Notes under the pieces: generated by a model | The model's database searches: none | Told to the model about the DNA's origin: nothing | The model's input: only the letters and a program-made list of their open reading frames with translations | Position numbers and translations under genes: made by a program | Assembly: GCA_963817385.1 (NCBI GenBank) | Contig: CAWFOM010000005.1 | Location: forward strand, 288,001 to 352,000 | DNA: 64,000 nucleotides | Origin: an uncultured delta proteobacterium | Lineage (GTDB): Bacteria > Desulfobacterota > Syntrophia > Syntrophales > UBA5619 | Direction: 5' to 3' | Part shown: positions 42,146-52,311 of the stretch, one piece after another | Layout of the letters: the number at the start of each line of letters is the position of its first letter | Position numbering within the stretch: the first letter of the stretch is position 1

Positions 42146-42174
42146 ACTTTAGAACAAAATCCGCGTGTTGTCAA
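42146..42174 (-). promoter_or_regulatory. sigma70-type promoter of leader/OFOR operon
   Basis: TTGACA-17 nt-TAAAGT. Confidence 0.65.
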
Positions 42175-42442
42175 TAACGAATTTTGACGCAATAGTTAAT
42201 CGCAGATGTTGTTCGTATCGAAAAGCGGACGTGATGCCGCTGGTGTGAAACCTGGAGAGTCCGCATCGGTTAACTTATATGAGCAATGGGGGGATGGAGC
42301 CTTTGGGGCACGGAGGGTGGGCATGCACCCCCGGAGCCTTCCGCGGGTGATTGAGGGCCTGAACTGCACCATCGTACCGGGTGAGATCCGTAGTTTGCAT
42401 ACGTTTTCTTCCCGAAGCTCGGGGGGGCGGTAGCCGCGGGGG

Positions 42443-43513
42443 TCAGAGGCCTTTCCGGTAGTTCCGCTCGCAGACCTCCGCCTCTTGTATTGCTTTTCTC
42501 ATCTCCGCCTCTCTTGCGTCGGCATTCTTCATGATCGCCGATTTTATTTTCTCCCACTTGGCAATGGCATCGGCGCGTGCAATAAGCCTTCTCGCTCTGA
42601 TAATGACGGCGATGTCGATCATCCTCCCGTCCAGATTTATTGAGGCGATACCTTTCTTCAAGCCTTCTTCCTCAAAGGCATCCAAGATCTTCTTTGCATA
42701 GTCGACTTCCGACGATGATGGCGTGAAGCCCTCGTTGCAGGGAGCAATAGTTGCAGGATGAATGCCGCCGCCGCCCAGCCCGCCCAGCTGGCGTCCCTTG
42801 ATCGCGGCTTCGCGGACAGCATCCGCATAACCAGGATCTCCGAACTTTACGGTTACCCTCTCTCCCAGGCCCGATGACTGCTTCCCCGCAGCAGCAGCCA
42901 CGAGACGCATCCAATCTGCGATGAAGGGGATCTGCGCACTCCAGCCAAAGTCAGGGGGGTTGCCGGGACCGGGCTCTGCTCCCAGGTCTGTCAGCAGGTC
43001 TATGGATGGACCGCCGCTGAACACTTTGATCCTTGGACTGCTGGTGGCGATTTCATAGGCATTCATGATGGAGCTTGCCGTCTCGCAACCGCAGCGAATC
43101 TCGGTACTCCCCGGCTGCATCCCTCTGCTCTTCTCCAGCGCGGTTATGATTTCATCGACCTCACGGACTTCTTGAGCGCAGGAGAGCTTTGGAATGGCGA
43201 TGCCGGTAAGTCCCGGCCAGACACTGGCTTCCAAGTCTTTTCGGGTCATCTCGAACGGGGCCGGGATGTGAAACCGTCCTTTGCCGCCTGCGTTTATCCG
43301 GACGAAGATATCCGAACCTCCCTTCCCGACGATGGGGATATATTCTTTGACAAGCTTCCTCGCATTATCTTTCTCGGTGAAGGGGATGGAGTCCTCCAGA
43401 TCCATTGTAAGGCTGTCTGCATTCCGGGTCCATACTTTCTCGACAAATCTCCAGACGTTTATGGGGAACGTCATTGATGAGCGTCTGATAAGGAGACCGT
43501 CTATCTCAGGCAT
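42443..43513 (-). CDS. CitE/HpcH-like CoA-ester lyase (divergent)
   Basis: MDLEDS, FVRIN, IPK, IHP, GRMID. Confidence 0.85.
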   Translation of the reverse strand: MPEIDGLLIRRSSMTFPINVWRFVEKVWTRNADSLTMDLEDSIPFTEKDNARKLVKEYIPIVGKGGSDIFVRINAGGKGRFHIPAPFEMTRKDLEASVWPGLTGIAIPKLSCAQEVREVDEIITALEKSRGMQPGSTEIRCGCETASSIMNAYEIATSSPRIKVFSGGPSIDLLTDLGAEPGPGNPPDFGWSAQIPFIADWMRLVAAAAGKQSSGLGERVTVKFGDPGYADAVREAAIKGRQLGGLGGGGIHPATIAPCNEGFTPSSSEVDYAKKILDAFEEEGLKKGIASINLDGRMIDIAVIIRARRLIARADAIAKWEKIKSAIMKNADAREAEMRKAIQEAEVCERNYRKGL

Positions 43514-43550
43514 ACATTCTCCTCCAACGATGGGCTTGCGAACGTGTAAT

Positions 43551-44468
43551 CTACTGCATTTGCCGATCTATATCGGTCTCGAGGCCGGCACGGGCGAAGA
43601 TGCGTTTGACTTCGATAATGGTCGGGGGTCCGACCAGGACGCCGTCAAGCGTCACCTCGCCGTACCGTTTCTCTCTCCCTTCCTTGATCGCCGCCACCAC
43701 GCGTTTGGCCCATTCCAGCTTCTCGGGCGCCGGACTGAAGACCCTGTTGATCGGCTCGACGTGCGTCGGGTGGATGCAGGATCTGCCGTCAAAGCCCATT
43801 GATTTCGCCCATTCGCTGTCCTTGATGAGCCCCTCGATGTCCTTCACCACCGGGTACATCCCCGTCATCGGGCTGATGCCGGCGGCGCGGCAGATGGTAA
43901 GCACCTTCGACTGCGCATATACGGACTCCAGCTTGTCCGCTCTCCTCTCGCACTGCATTTGTGCACGGTAGTCAAGTCCCGTCCCTCCGCCCATGATGGC
44001 TATCCTCGGACTGGCGTTTGCAATCTCCCAGGCATTCACGACCCCGAGCGGGCTCTCCAGGGAGGCGCCGATCCTGACGCTTCCTTGCGGGAGACCGCGG
44101 AGCGCCTCGAGATAACCCAGAACGGCATCGATCTTCTGAATTTGTATCGCCGTCTCCGTCTTCGGCACACGGATAAAATACAGTTGTTTGCAGACGATGG
44201 CATCCAGGTCTTCCTGCCATAGGCTCGTGTCCATGCCGTTGATGCGGACAGCCGCCTTCACTCGTCCCCAGTTGAGGTTTTCCATCGCCTCCCGAGCATA
44301 TTTCCTCCCGTTGGCCTTCTCCGCGGGCGGGCAGGCGTCCTCCAGGTCCATTATGAGCGCATCCGCCCCCGTTGCCAGCGCCTTGGGAATCAGGTTGTCC
44401 CGGTGGGCCGGCACAAACAGAGCAGACCGAAGCAGTGTAGGTTCACCCCTCTCCGCAATCGATATCAT
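43551..44468 (-). CDS. CitE-like CoA-ester lyase
   Basis: LRSALFVP, MDLEDAC, VRING, LESPLG, GFDGRSCIHP. Confidence 0.9.
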   Translation of the reverse strand: MISIAERGEPTLLRSALFVPAHRDNLIPKALATGADALIMDLEDACPPAEKANGRKYAREAMENLNWGRVKAAVRINGMDTSLWQEDLDAIVCKQLYFIRVPKTETAIQIQKIDAVLGYLEALRGLPQGSVRIGASLESPLGVVNAWEIANASPRIAIMGGGTGLDYRAQMQCERRADKLESVYAQSKVLTICRAAGISPMTGMYPVVKDIEGLIKDSEWAKSMGFDGRSCIHPTHVEPINRVFSPAPEKLEWAKRVVAAIKEGREKRYGEVTLDGVLVGPPTIIEVKRIFARAGLETDIDRQMQ

Positions 44469-44550
44469 TTTACCCTCCATAAACGGTTGATCGGACGCCT
44501 GCAACGCACCGGCGTACATGGAATTGGTTCTCCGTACCTTTTGAAATCCG

Positions 44551-45045
44551 CTACCAATCCAAAAGGCCGGGAGGAAGCCTCATCATAAGCAATTTCGACA
44601 TTGCAAAATAGATCGCGAAGCTGAATATCAAGGCAGAAACGATATTCCTAACCCATTTGCCTTTCTGTATGACGCGGGCTTGATAAATCACCAGCAGGGA
44701 GGTGCAGATGATGAACCCCACCGCGTTGAGGGATACCACGTAAAGCAACAATCCCGCAATCGTCAATACCCCGGTCATTTCAGGTTTTCTGTACCACTTC
44801 CTGTCCATTTCAGGTGCGGAAGTATCCGCGCGGGGTAACGACTTCCGTTTTTCGCGGATTGTCTGAAGATACAGAAAGACGGCGCATACGATCATGAGGC
44901 CCAGAATTCCTATGGGCCAGACATGAGGACCAATGGCCTGCGGCATATTGGGTCTGGGTGCCTTGTGCGCCACGATGATCAGGAATATGGCCACGGGGAT
45001 TGTCAGGATAACCACGAAACGATCAAAGGTGAACAGGTCTTTCAT
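44551..45045 (-). CDS. Tripartite tricarboxylate transporter small subunit TctB
   Basis: GPHVWP, several TM segments, C-terminal LPPGLL. Confidence 0.8.
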   Translation of the reverse strand: MKDLFTFDRFVVILTIPVAIFLIIVAHKAPRPNMPQAIGPHVWPIGILGLMIVCAVFLYLQTIREKRKSLPRADTSAPEMDRKWYRKPEMTGVLTIAGLLLYVVSLNAVGFIICTSLLVIYQARVIQKGKWVRNIVSALIFSFAIYFAMSKLLMMRLPPGLLDW

Positions 45046-45119
45046 AATTGCTCCTCTCGCTCAATCTTGATTCTTAAGTTCGATTTTGTCAATACACCCG
45101 CTTGATCTCATCGGCTCCG

Positions 45120-46628
45120 CTATCCCGCATTCTCCGGCCGTCGCCGGTAGAACTTCATGAACGAATAGACCAGTGATATGATCGCTGCAATCATGATGGC
45201 CAGCGAAATCGGCCGGGTGAAAAAGATCGTGGGATCTCCGTTCGAAATGGACATCGAACGTCGAAATCCCTGTTCCAGCAGATCCCCCAAAACCAGTCCG
45301 AGGAGCAATGGGGCTACCGGATACTTGTGCTTTTGCGTGAAGTAGCCGAAGACACCGAAAATTACCATGATATACAACTCTGTTATCGAGGATTTTCTCG
45401 TAAAAACCCCTAAAGCGCAGAGGGCGATCACGAAGCCGTTGAGTAAAGCTTCCGGTACGTCCAGGAGCCTCGCAAAGACGTTGACCAGCGGCAGATTCAA
45501 AATGAGGAGCATGACATTCCCGATATAGAGACTTGCGAGAACCGCCCAGAAAAATTGGGGGTTGGTCTCCATAAGGAGGGGTCCGGGTCTCAGGCCGTAC
45601 ATCAGAAAAGCGCCCAGCAACAAGGCGGTGGAAGCGTTTCCCGGTATGCCAAGGGTCAACAACGGCACCAAATTCGCCCCGTTGTTGGCATTGTTGGATG
45701 CCTCTACCGCCGCAACCCCCTCTATGGCTCCCTTCCCGAACTTTTCCGGGTGTTTGGAAACTTGCTTCTCAAGGCCATACGACAGAATGGTGGCAGTCAT
45801 GCCGCCCAAGCCGGGAAGCACACCGGTCGCAAAACCGATGAACGTACCACGAACGTAAGGCATGAAGGATTCCTTCAGTTCGCTCCAGGTAATCCACAAT
45901 CCCGCACCCTTAATCCGGTCCCGCGGTGGTTTGAACCCGAATCTCCAGACCCGTTCTGATTCCTCCATAACTATGGTCACGCCAAACATCCCGATAGCGA
46001 CCACAATGAAATTAATTCCATCCATGAGGTCGTCCGAGCCGAAGGCGAAACGGATTTGGCCGGTCTGTTGATCGGCTCCCACGACCGCCAAGAGCAGGCC
46101 CAAGAGAACCATGAAGATCCCCTTGAGGGGAGATTCGGTAGAAAGACTGCCCACCATGGTCAAGGCCAGCAGCATGACGGCAAAATATTCGGGAGGCCCG
46201 AATTTCATCCCCAGCGAAGAGATGGGAGTTGCCAGGAACATGAGAAGGACCGCAGCCACGGTGCCGGCAAAGAAGGAGCCGATGGCCGAGGTGGCAAGGG
46301 CAGCCTTCGCTCTCCCCTGTTTCGCCATCGGGTATCCGTCCAGGCACGTCATCATGGAAGAACCCTCTCCGGGAATGTTGACGAGGATGGAGGTGGTAGA
46401 CCCGCCGTAACTGGAGCCGTAATGTATGCCCGCCAGCATGATTACTGCCGCAATAGGATCCATGCCATAGGTCATGGGGAGGAGAATCGCCATCGTGCTT
46501 AAAGAACCGAGCCCCGGCAAAACCCCGACGATGGTGCCGAGTAAGACCCCGAAAAAGCACCACCACAGGTTCTGCAGCGAAAGAGCCGTTCCGAACCCCA
46601 TGGAAAGATTTGAAATGAAAGAATCCAT
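45120..46628 (-). CDS. tctA: Tripartite tricarboxylate transporter permease
   Basis: GVLPGLG, ILVNIPG, DGYPMA, FGPPEYF, LTLGIPG. Confidence 0.95.
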   Translation of the reverse strand: MDSFISNLSMGFGTALSLQNLWWCFFGVLLGTIVGVLPGLGSLSTMAILLPMTYGMDPIAAVIMLAGIHYGSSYGGSTTSILVNIPGEGSSMMTCLDGYPMAKQGRAKAALATSAIGSFFAGTVAAVLLMFLATPISSLGMKFGPPEYFAVMLLALTMVGSLSTESPLKGIFMVLLGLLLAVVGADQQTGQIRFAFGSDDLMDGINFIVVAIGMFGVTIVMEESERVWRFGFKPPRDRIKGAGLWITWSELKESFMPYVRGTFIGFATGVLPGLGGMTATILSYGLEKQVSKHPEKFGKGAIEGVAAVEASNNANNGANLVPLLTLGIPGNASTALLLGAFLMYGLRPGPLLMETNPQFFWAVLASLYIGNVMLLILNLPLVNVFARLLDVPEALLNGFVIALCALGVFTRKSSITELYIMVIFGVFGYFTQKHKYPVAPLLLGLVLGDLLEQGFRRSMSISNGDPTIFFTRPISLAIMIAAIISLVYSFMKFYRRRPENAG

Positions 46629-46871
46629 CGGAAAACCTCCTTTGTGTTTTACCTGCGCAAGAATGCACGTCCCTATGACACCCTCCCGGATCGGGACCGC
46701 TATCCGGTCTAAGAAATACGCCAGTTTCTTCTGGTGTGCTCTTCAAGCTCCGGAATTCGCACGAACCCGAACCCACCAAGAGTAAAAATCATGGGGAGGG
46801 CGGGTAATAAAGAAATCCGCTGATGGCACGACGGATGATCTTTATCCCGCTCCCGGAATTGTTGAATCCGG

Positions 46872-46905
46872 TGCGTCCCCCCCGGTGGAGCCCGGGGGGG
46901 ACGCA
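46872..46905. other. Strong intercistronic hairpin after tctC
   Basis: TGCGT-C-run-GG / CC-G-run-ACGCA stem with TGGAGC loop. Confidence 0.55.
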
Positions 46906-46977
46906 GGAGGAATTACCCGCTCCTCTGTTTTTCAAATCTACCGTGAGCGGTTATCAGAACTCTTCCACGAAACTTCC

Positions 46978-47994
46978 CTACTTCTTGGGAGTCATCCCTA
47001 ATCTCGTCAACACGTCCGTGACGACGGCTTGCTTCTTGTCCAGTACGTCCTTCAGGCCTTCGATCATAAAAGCATCATCCCATTGGTATCTCGATATCGT
47101 CTGCTTCCAGGTAGGGGTCTTAACCATCTTGGTAAATATATCAAGCCAGTATTTTCTGGCATAGTCCGGAAAATCGGGTCCGGCGAACGTGTAGCGCATA
47201 TTTGCCCACTCAAAATCAACACCCGATTCTTTAAGGGTGGGAACATCCTTCAAAACCGGGTGCGCATACCGTTTCGGCGCGCTGACCGCCAATAACCGGA
47301 TTTTTTTTCCTTCAACGAGCCCCAATTGCTCATCCACCGAGTTAATTGCCGCCTTGGAACTTCCTTCCAGGATGGCCATACTGGTCTCCGCACCCCCGCT
47401 GTAAACAACGTAGGTGATCTTGTTGATATCCACGCCGGCTTTCATGAACGTTGCACCGTAAAACGGACGGTCATCCGACCCTCCTCCGCAGATGGGAGTT
47501 TTTTCCGGCCTCTCCTTTAAGTCCTTGACCAGATCTCCCAGTGTTTTATAGGGCGAATCCATCCTGACCGCGATTCCGTAATAGGTGTTGATCAGACCGG
47601 CGAGCGGCAGATAATCCTTGTGATAGTAAGGACTGGCTCCTGTGGCATACCGCATCATTCCGTTGATGGATTGGACGGAAATCATGTAGGGATCGCCCTT
47701 ATACCGTGTGACGGTCATGGCAAGTCCCTGCGACGCGTTTGTCGCGTTCTCAACAGGCATCGGCACCGTAACGAGCTTCTCCTTCGTGAGCGTGTTGACA
47801 ATTGCCCGCGTCGTCGTGTCGAAACCGCTTCCCGGAGTTGACAGGGCGTAAAACAAGATTGGCTTGGAGGGATAATCGGCCCCTGCGGCGGCAAAGACCG
47901 GCGCTCCGACGAAAGCCATGAATCCAAGCAAAAGAATTATCATTCCGAATGAAACTAACCGTTTCCCTTGCACCTTACAAGACACTCTTTTCAT
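46978..47994 (-). CDS. Tripartite tricarboxylate transporter substrate-binding protein (TctC/Bug)
   Basis: Signal peptide, YPSKPI, PGSGFD, SPYKTL, DVPTLKESG. Confidence 0.9.
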   Translation of the reverse strand: MKRVSCKVQGKRLVSFGMIILLLGFMAFVGAPVFAAAGADYPSKPILFYALSTPGSGFDTTTRAIVNTLTKEKLVTVPMPVENATNASQGLAMTVTRYKGDPYMISVQSINGMMRYATGASPYYHKDYLPLAGLINTYYGIAVRMDSPYKTLGDLVKDLKERPEKTPICGGGSDDRPFYGATFMKAGVDINKITYVVYSGGAETSMAILEGSSKAAINSVDEQLGLVEGKKIRLLAVSAPKRYAHPVLKDVPTLKESGVDFEWANMRYTFAGPDFPDYARKYWLDIFTKMVKTPTWKQTISRYQWDDAFMIEGLKDVLDKKQAVVTDVLTRLGMTPKK

Positions 47995-48159
47995 AACCGT
48001 CCTCCTATTCAGATAATGTAACACATGCCTCACTACCAGCCCTTCCCGTTCTTCCACCGCTTCCCACAAGAAAAAACCGATTCTTCTTTGTCATCCCGTG
48101 AGCAAGACGAGCAGTCCGGATCACTCCCCGCGTATCCGAGAGCATATTATCTCGTCCTC

Positions 48160-49242
48160 CTATTGACTCAGAAACACCGAACATTCCCCCGGATCAAAAT
48201 GAACGGTCGCATGATCACCAAGAATTTCCTTACGGGTATGGAACAGAAAATCTCTGTCGGTGTCGTTGACGATGTATTCATAGTACGTTCCTAAGTATTG
48301 ACCGCCTACTACTCTGACAGTGAAAATATTGGGATCCTTACTATCTACCTCAGAATTGGCAATCAACTGAATATTCTGAGGCCGGATGGCCATCGTTGCT
48401 TTCTTCCCGAGGGCCGCGTCCATAATCGTGGGCACGATAAGCACCCGGCCATTGGACAACTGCAAGGTCATTCGGTCCCTCTGCATCGATTGAATGGTCC
48501 CCTCAAAAAAATTATTGGTGCCCATGAAATCGGCGACAAACGGAACGCTCGGCTTCTCGAATATCTCCGTCGGTCTCCCGATCTGAAGAATCTTCCCGTC
48601 TTTCATCACCGCAATTCGATCCGAGAGGGCCAGCGATTCCAGCTGATCATGGGTGACATAGATGGTCGTAGTGCCGATCCGCCTTTGAACCTGTCGCAGC
48701 CAGAACCGGGCCCGTTCCCGCAATTTGGCGTCGAGATTGGATAATGGCTCATCCAGCAGGAGGATGGAAGGTTCGTATACGAGTGCGCGGGCCAGTGCCA
48801 CCCGTTGTTGTTGGCCGCCGGAAAGCTCATGAGGGTAACGCTTTTCCAATCCGCTCAATTCCACCACCTGCATGATCTTTTCGACCCGCTGACGGATCTC
48901 CTGTCCGCCATATTTCCGGAGACGCAACGGAAGATCAATATTGGCTTCAACCGTCTTGTGAGGCCAAAGGGCATAGGATTGGAAAACAAGTCCTGCATTC
49001 CTGTTCTCCGGCGGGAGGTCTATCGATCGGCTGGAATCGAAAAACATTTTGTCGCCTACCCGAATCGTCCCCTGATCCGGGGTCTCCAGACCAGCCAGGC
49101 AATTGAGCGTTGTCGTCTTGCCGCATCCGCTCGGTCCCAGGAGCGTGACAAATTCCCCATCCTCAACAGCAAGCGTCACTCCATCAATCGCCTTCACTGA
49201 TCCAAACCGCTTCTGCAAACCGTCAATCAATAGTTTAGCCAT
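48160..49242 (-). CDS. ABC importer ATP-binding protein (FbpC/PotA-like)
   Basis: GPSGCGKTT, LSGGQQQR, LDEPLSNLD. Confidence 0.95.
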   Translation of the reverse strand: MAKLLIDGLQKRFGSVKAIDGVTLAVEDGEFVTLLGPSGCGKTTTLNCLAGLETPDQGTIRVGDKMFFDSSRSIDLPPENRNAGLVFQSYALWPHKTVEANIDLPLRLRKYGGQEIRQRVEKIMQVVELSGLEKRYPHELSGGQQQRVALARALVYEPSILLLDEPLSNLDAKLRERARFWLRQVQRRIGTTTIYVTHDQLESLALSDRIAVMKDGKILQIGRPTEIFEKPSVPFVADFMGTNNFFEGTIQSMQRDRMTLQLSNGRVLIVPTIMDAALGKKATMAIRPQNIQLIANSEVDSKDPNIFTVRVVGGQYLGTYYEYIVNDTDRDFLFHTRKEILGDHATVHFDPGECSVFLSQ

Positions 49243-50935
49243 AAATTTTCACCCTCAGTACCCGACTGGCGAAGATTACCACAACCGCCGTAAGGATCAA
49301 TTGAACCACGGACATCGCCGTTGCCGTCCCCGCTTCTCCTTGAAACCAGTGATTCAACATTACCACCCCGGCGACCTCTGATCCCGGAGCCATGATAAAC
49401 AGCGCAGCGCTATACTCTTTCGTAAAAATTACCAGGAGAAGCAAGAATGTCGATAAGATTGCCGGCTTCAGCAACGGAATCACCGCCAGGCGAACCGCTG
49501 TCCACCAATCCCCCCCCGACACCCTTACGGCGTTATCCATCTCTTCGCTGATCCGTAAGATCGGAGCGGAAATGTTACCGAAACCACTCGGCATGTGTCG
49601 CACGGTGTAAACCAGGATCAGTCCCCAGATCGTGCTGCGTATCGGGCCGAGAAAGGGAAACATGATGAACCCCATAAAAAAACCAAACCCGATAATGATG
49701 CTCGGAACCGCACGGGGGAAAAATGCCACGAAATTGAGGATTGTCTTACCGGGGAAATTTGATCGACGACCTATCAGAGCTATCAGAATGAGGAAGGCCG
49801 TAGACAAGGCGCCTCCTATGACGGCTATGTACATGGCATTCCAAATAGACATGTAATTTGTCGAATTTGTAATGATATTCTCGTAGTTGTCTAACGTCAA
49901 CATCTCCCAAAAGGGAATGAATGGCGACAATACCGCGACAAACGATCTCAGAACAACCGCACCCAACGGAAGGATAATGGTCACCATAAGCCAAAGGAAA
50001 ACGAGGCCGACAACCACGGGCTTCATCACCCCCAACCGTATCTTCCGGGGCGCCGTGGCTTTCCCTCGAATCGTAACAAACCGTCTGACGTTCCGCAGCA
50101 GTCTCTCCTGAATCACAATCATGCCGGTAACCAACGCCACGACCACCATGGCACCGCTGGCCACCAATCCATAGTCGGGACGCACCGCCTGGATCCCCTG
50201 TTCGTAGAGAAAGGAAGTAAACATCAGGATTCCCACCGGCTTCCCCAGCAGCACCGGTGTGCTGAAGGCTTCCAAGGCGCCCGTGAAACTCAGGACGGCT
50301 GCGAAGAGAAGCGATGGCCGAAGAAGAGGGAGAGTAACCGAACCAATCGCTCGATACGGCCCGGCGCCCGATACCCTCGCCGCATCCTCGAGGCTGGAGT
50401 CTGCCAGGACCACGGATGACGAACAGAAAAGAAACGACACCGGCGCCCCGTGGATCGCCGAAACCACCGCCATCCCTGGAATGGTATAGAGGTTCCAGGG
50501 AACAAACCCGATGAATTGCTGCAGGTAATTCGAGATCATCCCCTTAGGACCGTACATAAGTATGTAACCGAATACCATGATGATTGTTGATACGAAAAAT
50601 GGCCAGAGAAATATACTCCGCCAAAGACGATCAAACGGCAGATCCGTCCGATTGACAAAAATGGCAGCCAAGGCCCCCAGGAAAACGGACGCGGTGGAAG
50701 CCATCAGCGCGAACAGGAACGAGTTGAGTACCGTCTGGTGAAAGAGCGGATTGGTGAAGAGGTTCAGATAATTGTTCAGGGTGAGACGACTTGCCGCTTC
50801 ATAAATAGGACGGTCAAGAAAAGATTGATAGGCAAGGGGAACCAGGGGGAAAGCCACCGACAGGATGGCCGTGAGGGCTCCCGACCACTGTATTACCGGA
50901 CTACGTTTGGGCCACAACAACCGCATCGCGGACAT
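49235..50935 (-). CDS. ABC importer fused permease (FbpB-like)
   Basis: Two EAA loops (LEDAARVSGA, MDNAVRVSGG). Confidence 0.9.
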   Translation of the reverse strand: MSAMRLLWPKRSPVIQWSGALTAILSVAFPLVPLAYQSFLDRPIYEAASRLTLNNYLNLFTNPLFHQTVLNSFLFALMASTASVFLGALAAIFVNRTDLPFDRLWRSIFLWPFFVSTIIMVFGYILMYGPKGMISNYLQQFIGFVPWNLYTIPGMAVVSAIHGAPVSFLFCSSSVVLADSSLEDAARVSGAGPYRAIGSVTLPLLRPSLLFAAVLSFTGALEAFSTPVLLGKPVGILMFTSFLYEQGIQAVRPDYGLVASGAMVVVALVTGMIVIQERLLRNVRRFVTIRGKATAPRKIRLGVMKPVVVGLVFLWLMVTIILPLGAVVLRSFVAVLSPFIPFWEMLTLDNYENIITNSTNYMSIWNAMYIAVIGGALSTAFLILIALIGRRSNFPGKTILNFVAFFPRAVPSIIIGFGFFMGFIMFPFLGPIRSTIWGLILVYTVRHMPSGFGNISAPILRISEEMDNAVRVSGGDWWTAVRLAVIPLLKPAILSTFLLLLVIFTKEYSAALFIMAPGSEVAGVVMLNHWFQGEAGTATAMSVVQLILTAVVVIFASRVLRVKIYG

Positions 50936-51100
50936 TCTCCTTAGCAATTCATATTCTCGGGGCAATGTTAGGTAATTTGATCCCTCATGTCGACTTCAGC
51001 AGCCGCCAATGATCAAAGGATACTCACCTCGCCCTCCCCCCGAAACGGCGGGGAAGGAAGGCAAGGCTCCTATCCGAAACTGCCGGGGCTTTGCGTATTG

Positions 51101-52219
51101 CTACTTCTTTCCGAAAACGGCTTGGCGCCACCGGCTCTGAACCGCCTTAAACTTCGCCTCATTGCCGTAGTCGGGATCCCACCCGACAACAACCATATTT
51201 TTCTCACCGATGGCTTTTATGAGTCCCGCAACATGCAGCGTTGGCTCTGGGATTTTTTCTGCCGCATCCGGTCGGTAAACGGTAAAGTTACCCTTGCTCA
51301 TCGCCACCTGCCCATCCTGGGAAAGGAGAAAATCAAGCAGTAATTTAGCAGAATTGGGGTTAGATGCTTTAACAGTAATACCCATGCCCCGTACCAGGAC
51401 AACGTTTCCATCTTCCGTGTATTTCCACCCAATAAGGTTGCCTGCTCTCTTCGCCGTAGAAGAGGCCAGATTGATGGCGCTAAAATTCCAGCTCATCATA
51501 TACTCGCCTGACAGGATCTTTTCGAGCTGGTCACCACCTGAACTGCCGGGACGCGTTAACGGCCCGATGATGTCCAGCCAGGTCCAGAACTTTTCGCCAT
51601 GATGCTTATAGAGTCCAAAAGCTGAATATCCACCAAAGGCGGCTTCGTTGTAGGATGTGAGTCTCCCCCGGAAGAATTCAGGCTTTTTTTGGACTTTTTC
51701 TGCGAAGTCAGCCATCCCCTTAGGAATCATATCTGCCGGAAATATTTTGGTGTTCCATAACATAATGGACGGATCGGCGGAGAAGCTATAGACGGTCTCC
51801 TGTTGTGATGACCACTTGGGTAGATGGGGAATTTCCGGAGATGGATAGCGCAGGAGTCTCTTTTCTCCGAGGAGCCTGGCCCATCCGGGGGCTGATTGAG
51901 TAATCAGAAAATCTGCAGTAGGAGTGCCCGTTTCAGATTCGGCGATGTACCGCGGTAAGACCTCGGACCCCCCCAAGTCCAAAAGTTTAATGTTGATCCA
52001 GGGGTACAGCTTACTGAAGACGGCCAATATGGGTTTCCAATTGTCAGTCGACACATTCGAGTAGATATACAGCCCTTTCTCCGCGCGCGACCCCTCGATA
52101 ATTTTGTCATAATCTTTTGGGTAGTAATTCGGCGCTGCTGCCGCCAAAGCCGGAATCCCCATAAAAGCAACCACGAGCAATAGAAAGATTACCGCTGAGA
52201 TTTTCTTCGCCTGATACAT
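51101..52219 (-). CDS. ABC importer substrate-binding protein
   Basis: Signal peptide, PNSAKLLLDFLLSQDGQ. Confidence 0.88.
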   Translation of the reverse strand: MYQAKKISAVIFLLLVVAFMGIPALAAAAPNYYPKDYDKIIEGSRAEKGLYIYSNVSTDNWKPILAVFSKLYPWINIKLLDLGGSEVLPRYIAESETGTPTADFLITQSAPGWARLLGEKRLLRYPSPEIPHLPKWSSQQETVYSFSADPSIMLWNTKIFPADMIPKGMADFAEKVQKKPEFFRGRLTSYNEAAFGGYSAFGLYKHHGEKFWTWLDIIGPLTRPGSSGGDQLEKILSGEYMMSWNFSAINLASSTAKRAGNLIGWKYTEDGNVVLVRGMGITVKASNPNSAKLLLDFLLSQDGQVAMSKGNFTVYRPDAAEKIPEPTLHVAGLIKAIGEKNMVVVGWDPDYGNEAKFKAVQSRWRQAVFGKK

Positions 52220-52311
52220 AACCTTCCCTCCTTGTTTTTTGTTTTTGCCCCTGCCATAACGTATGCAACTCCTAAGATCAAAACGTCCATTATATCAAGA
52301 GATACGATTTT

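Noticed and set aside
42195..42440. Possible ncRNA or riboswitch between CitE-like gene and OFOR promoter
   Set aside because: Only short stems; no recognisable family consensus
51022..51062. REP/boxC-like pyrimidine-purine hairpin after the ABC binding-protein gene
   Set aside because: Degenerate and single-copy in this window
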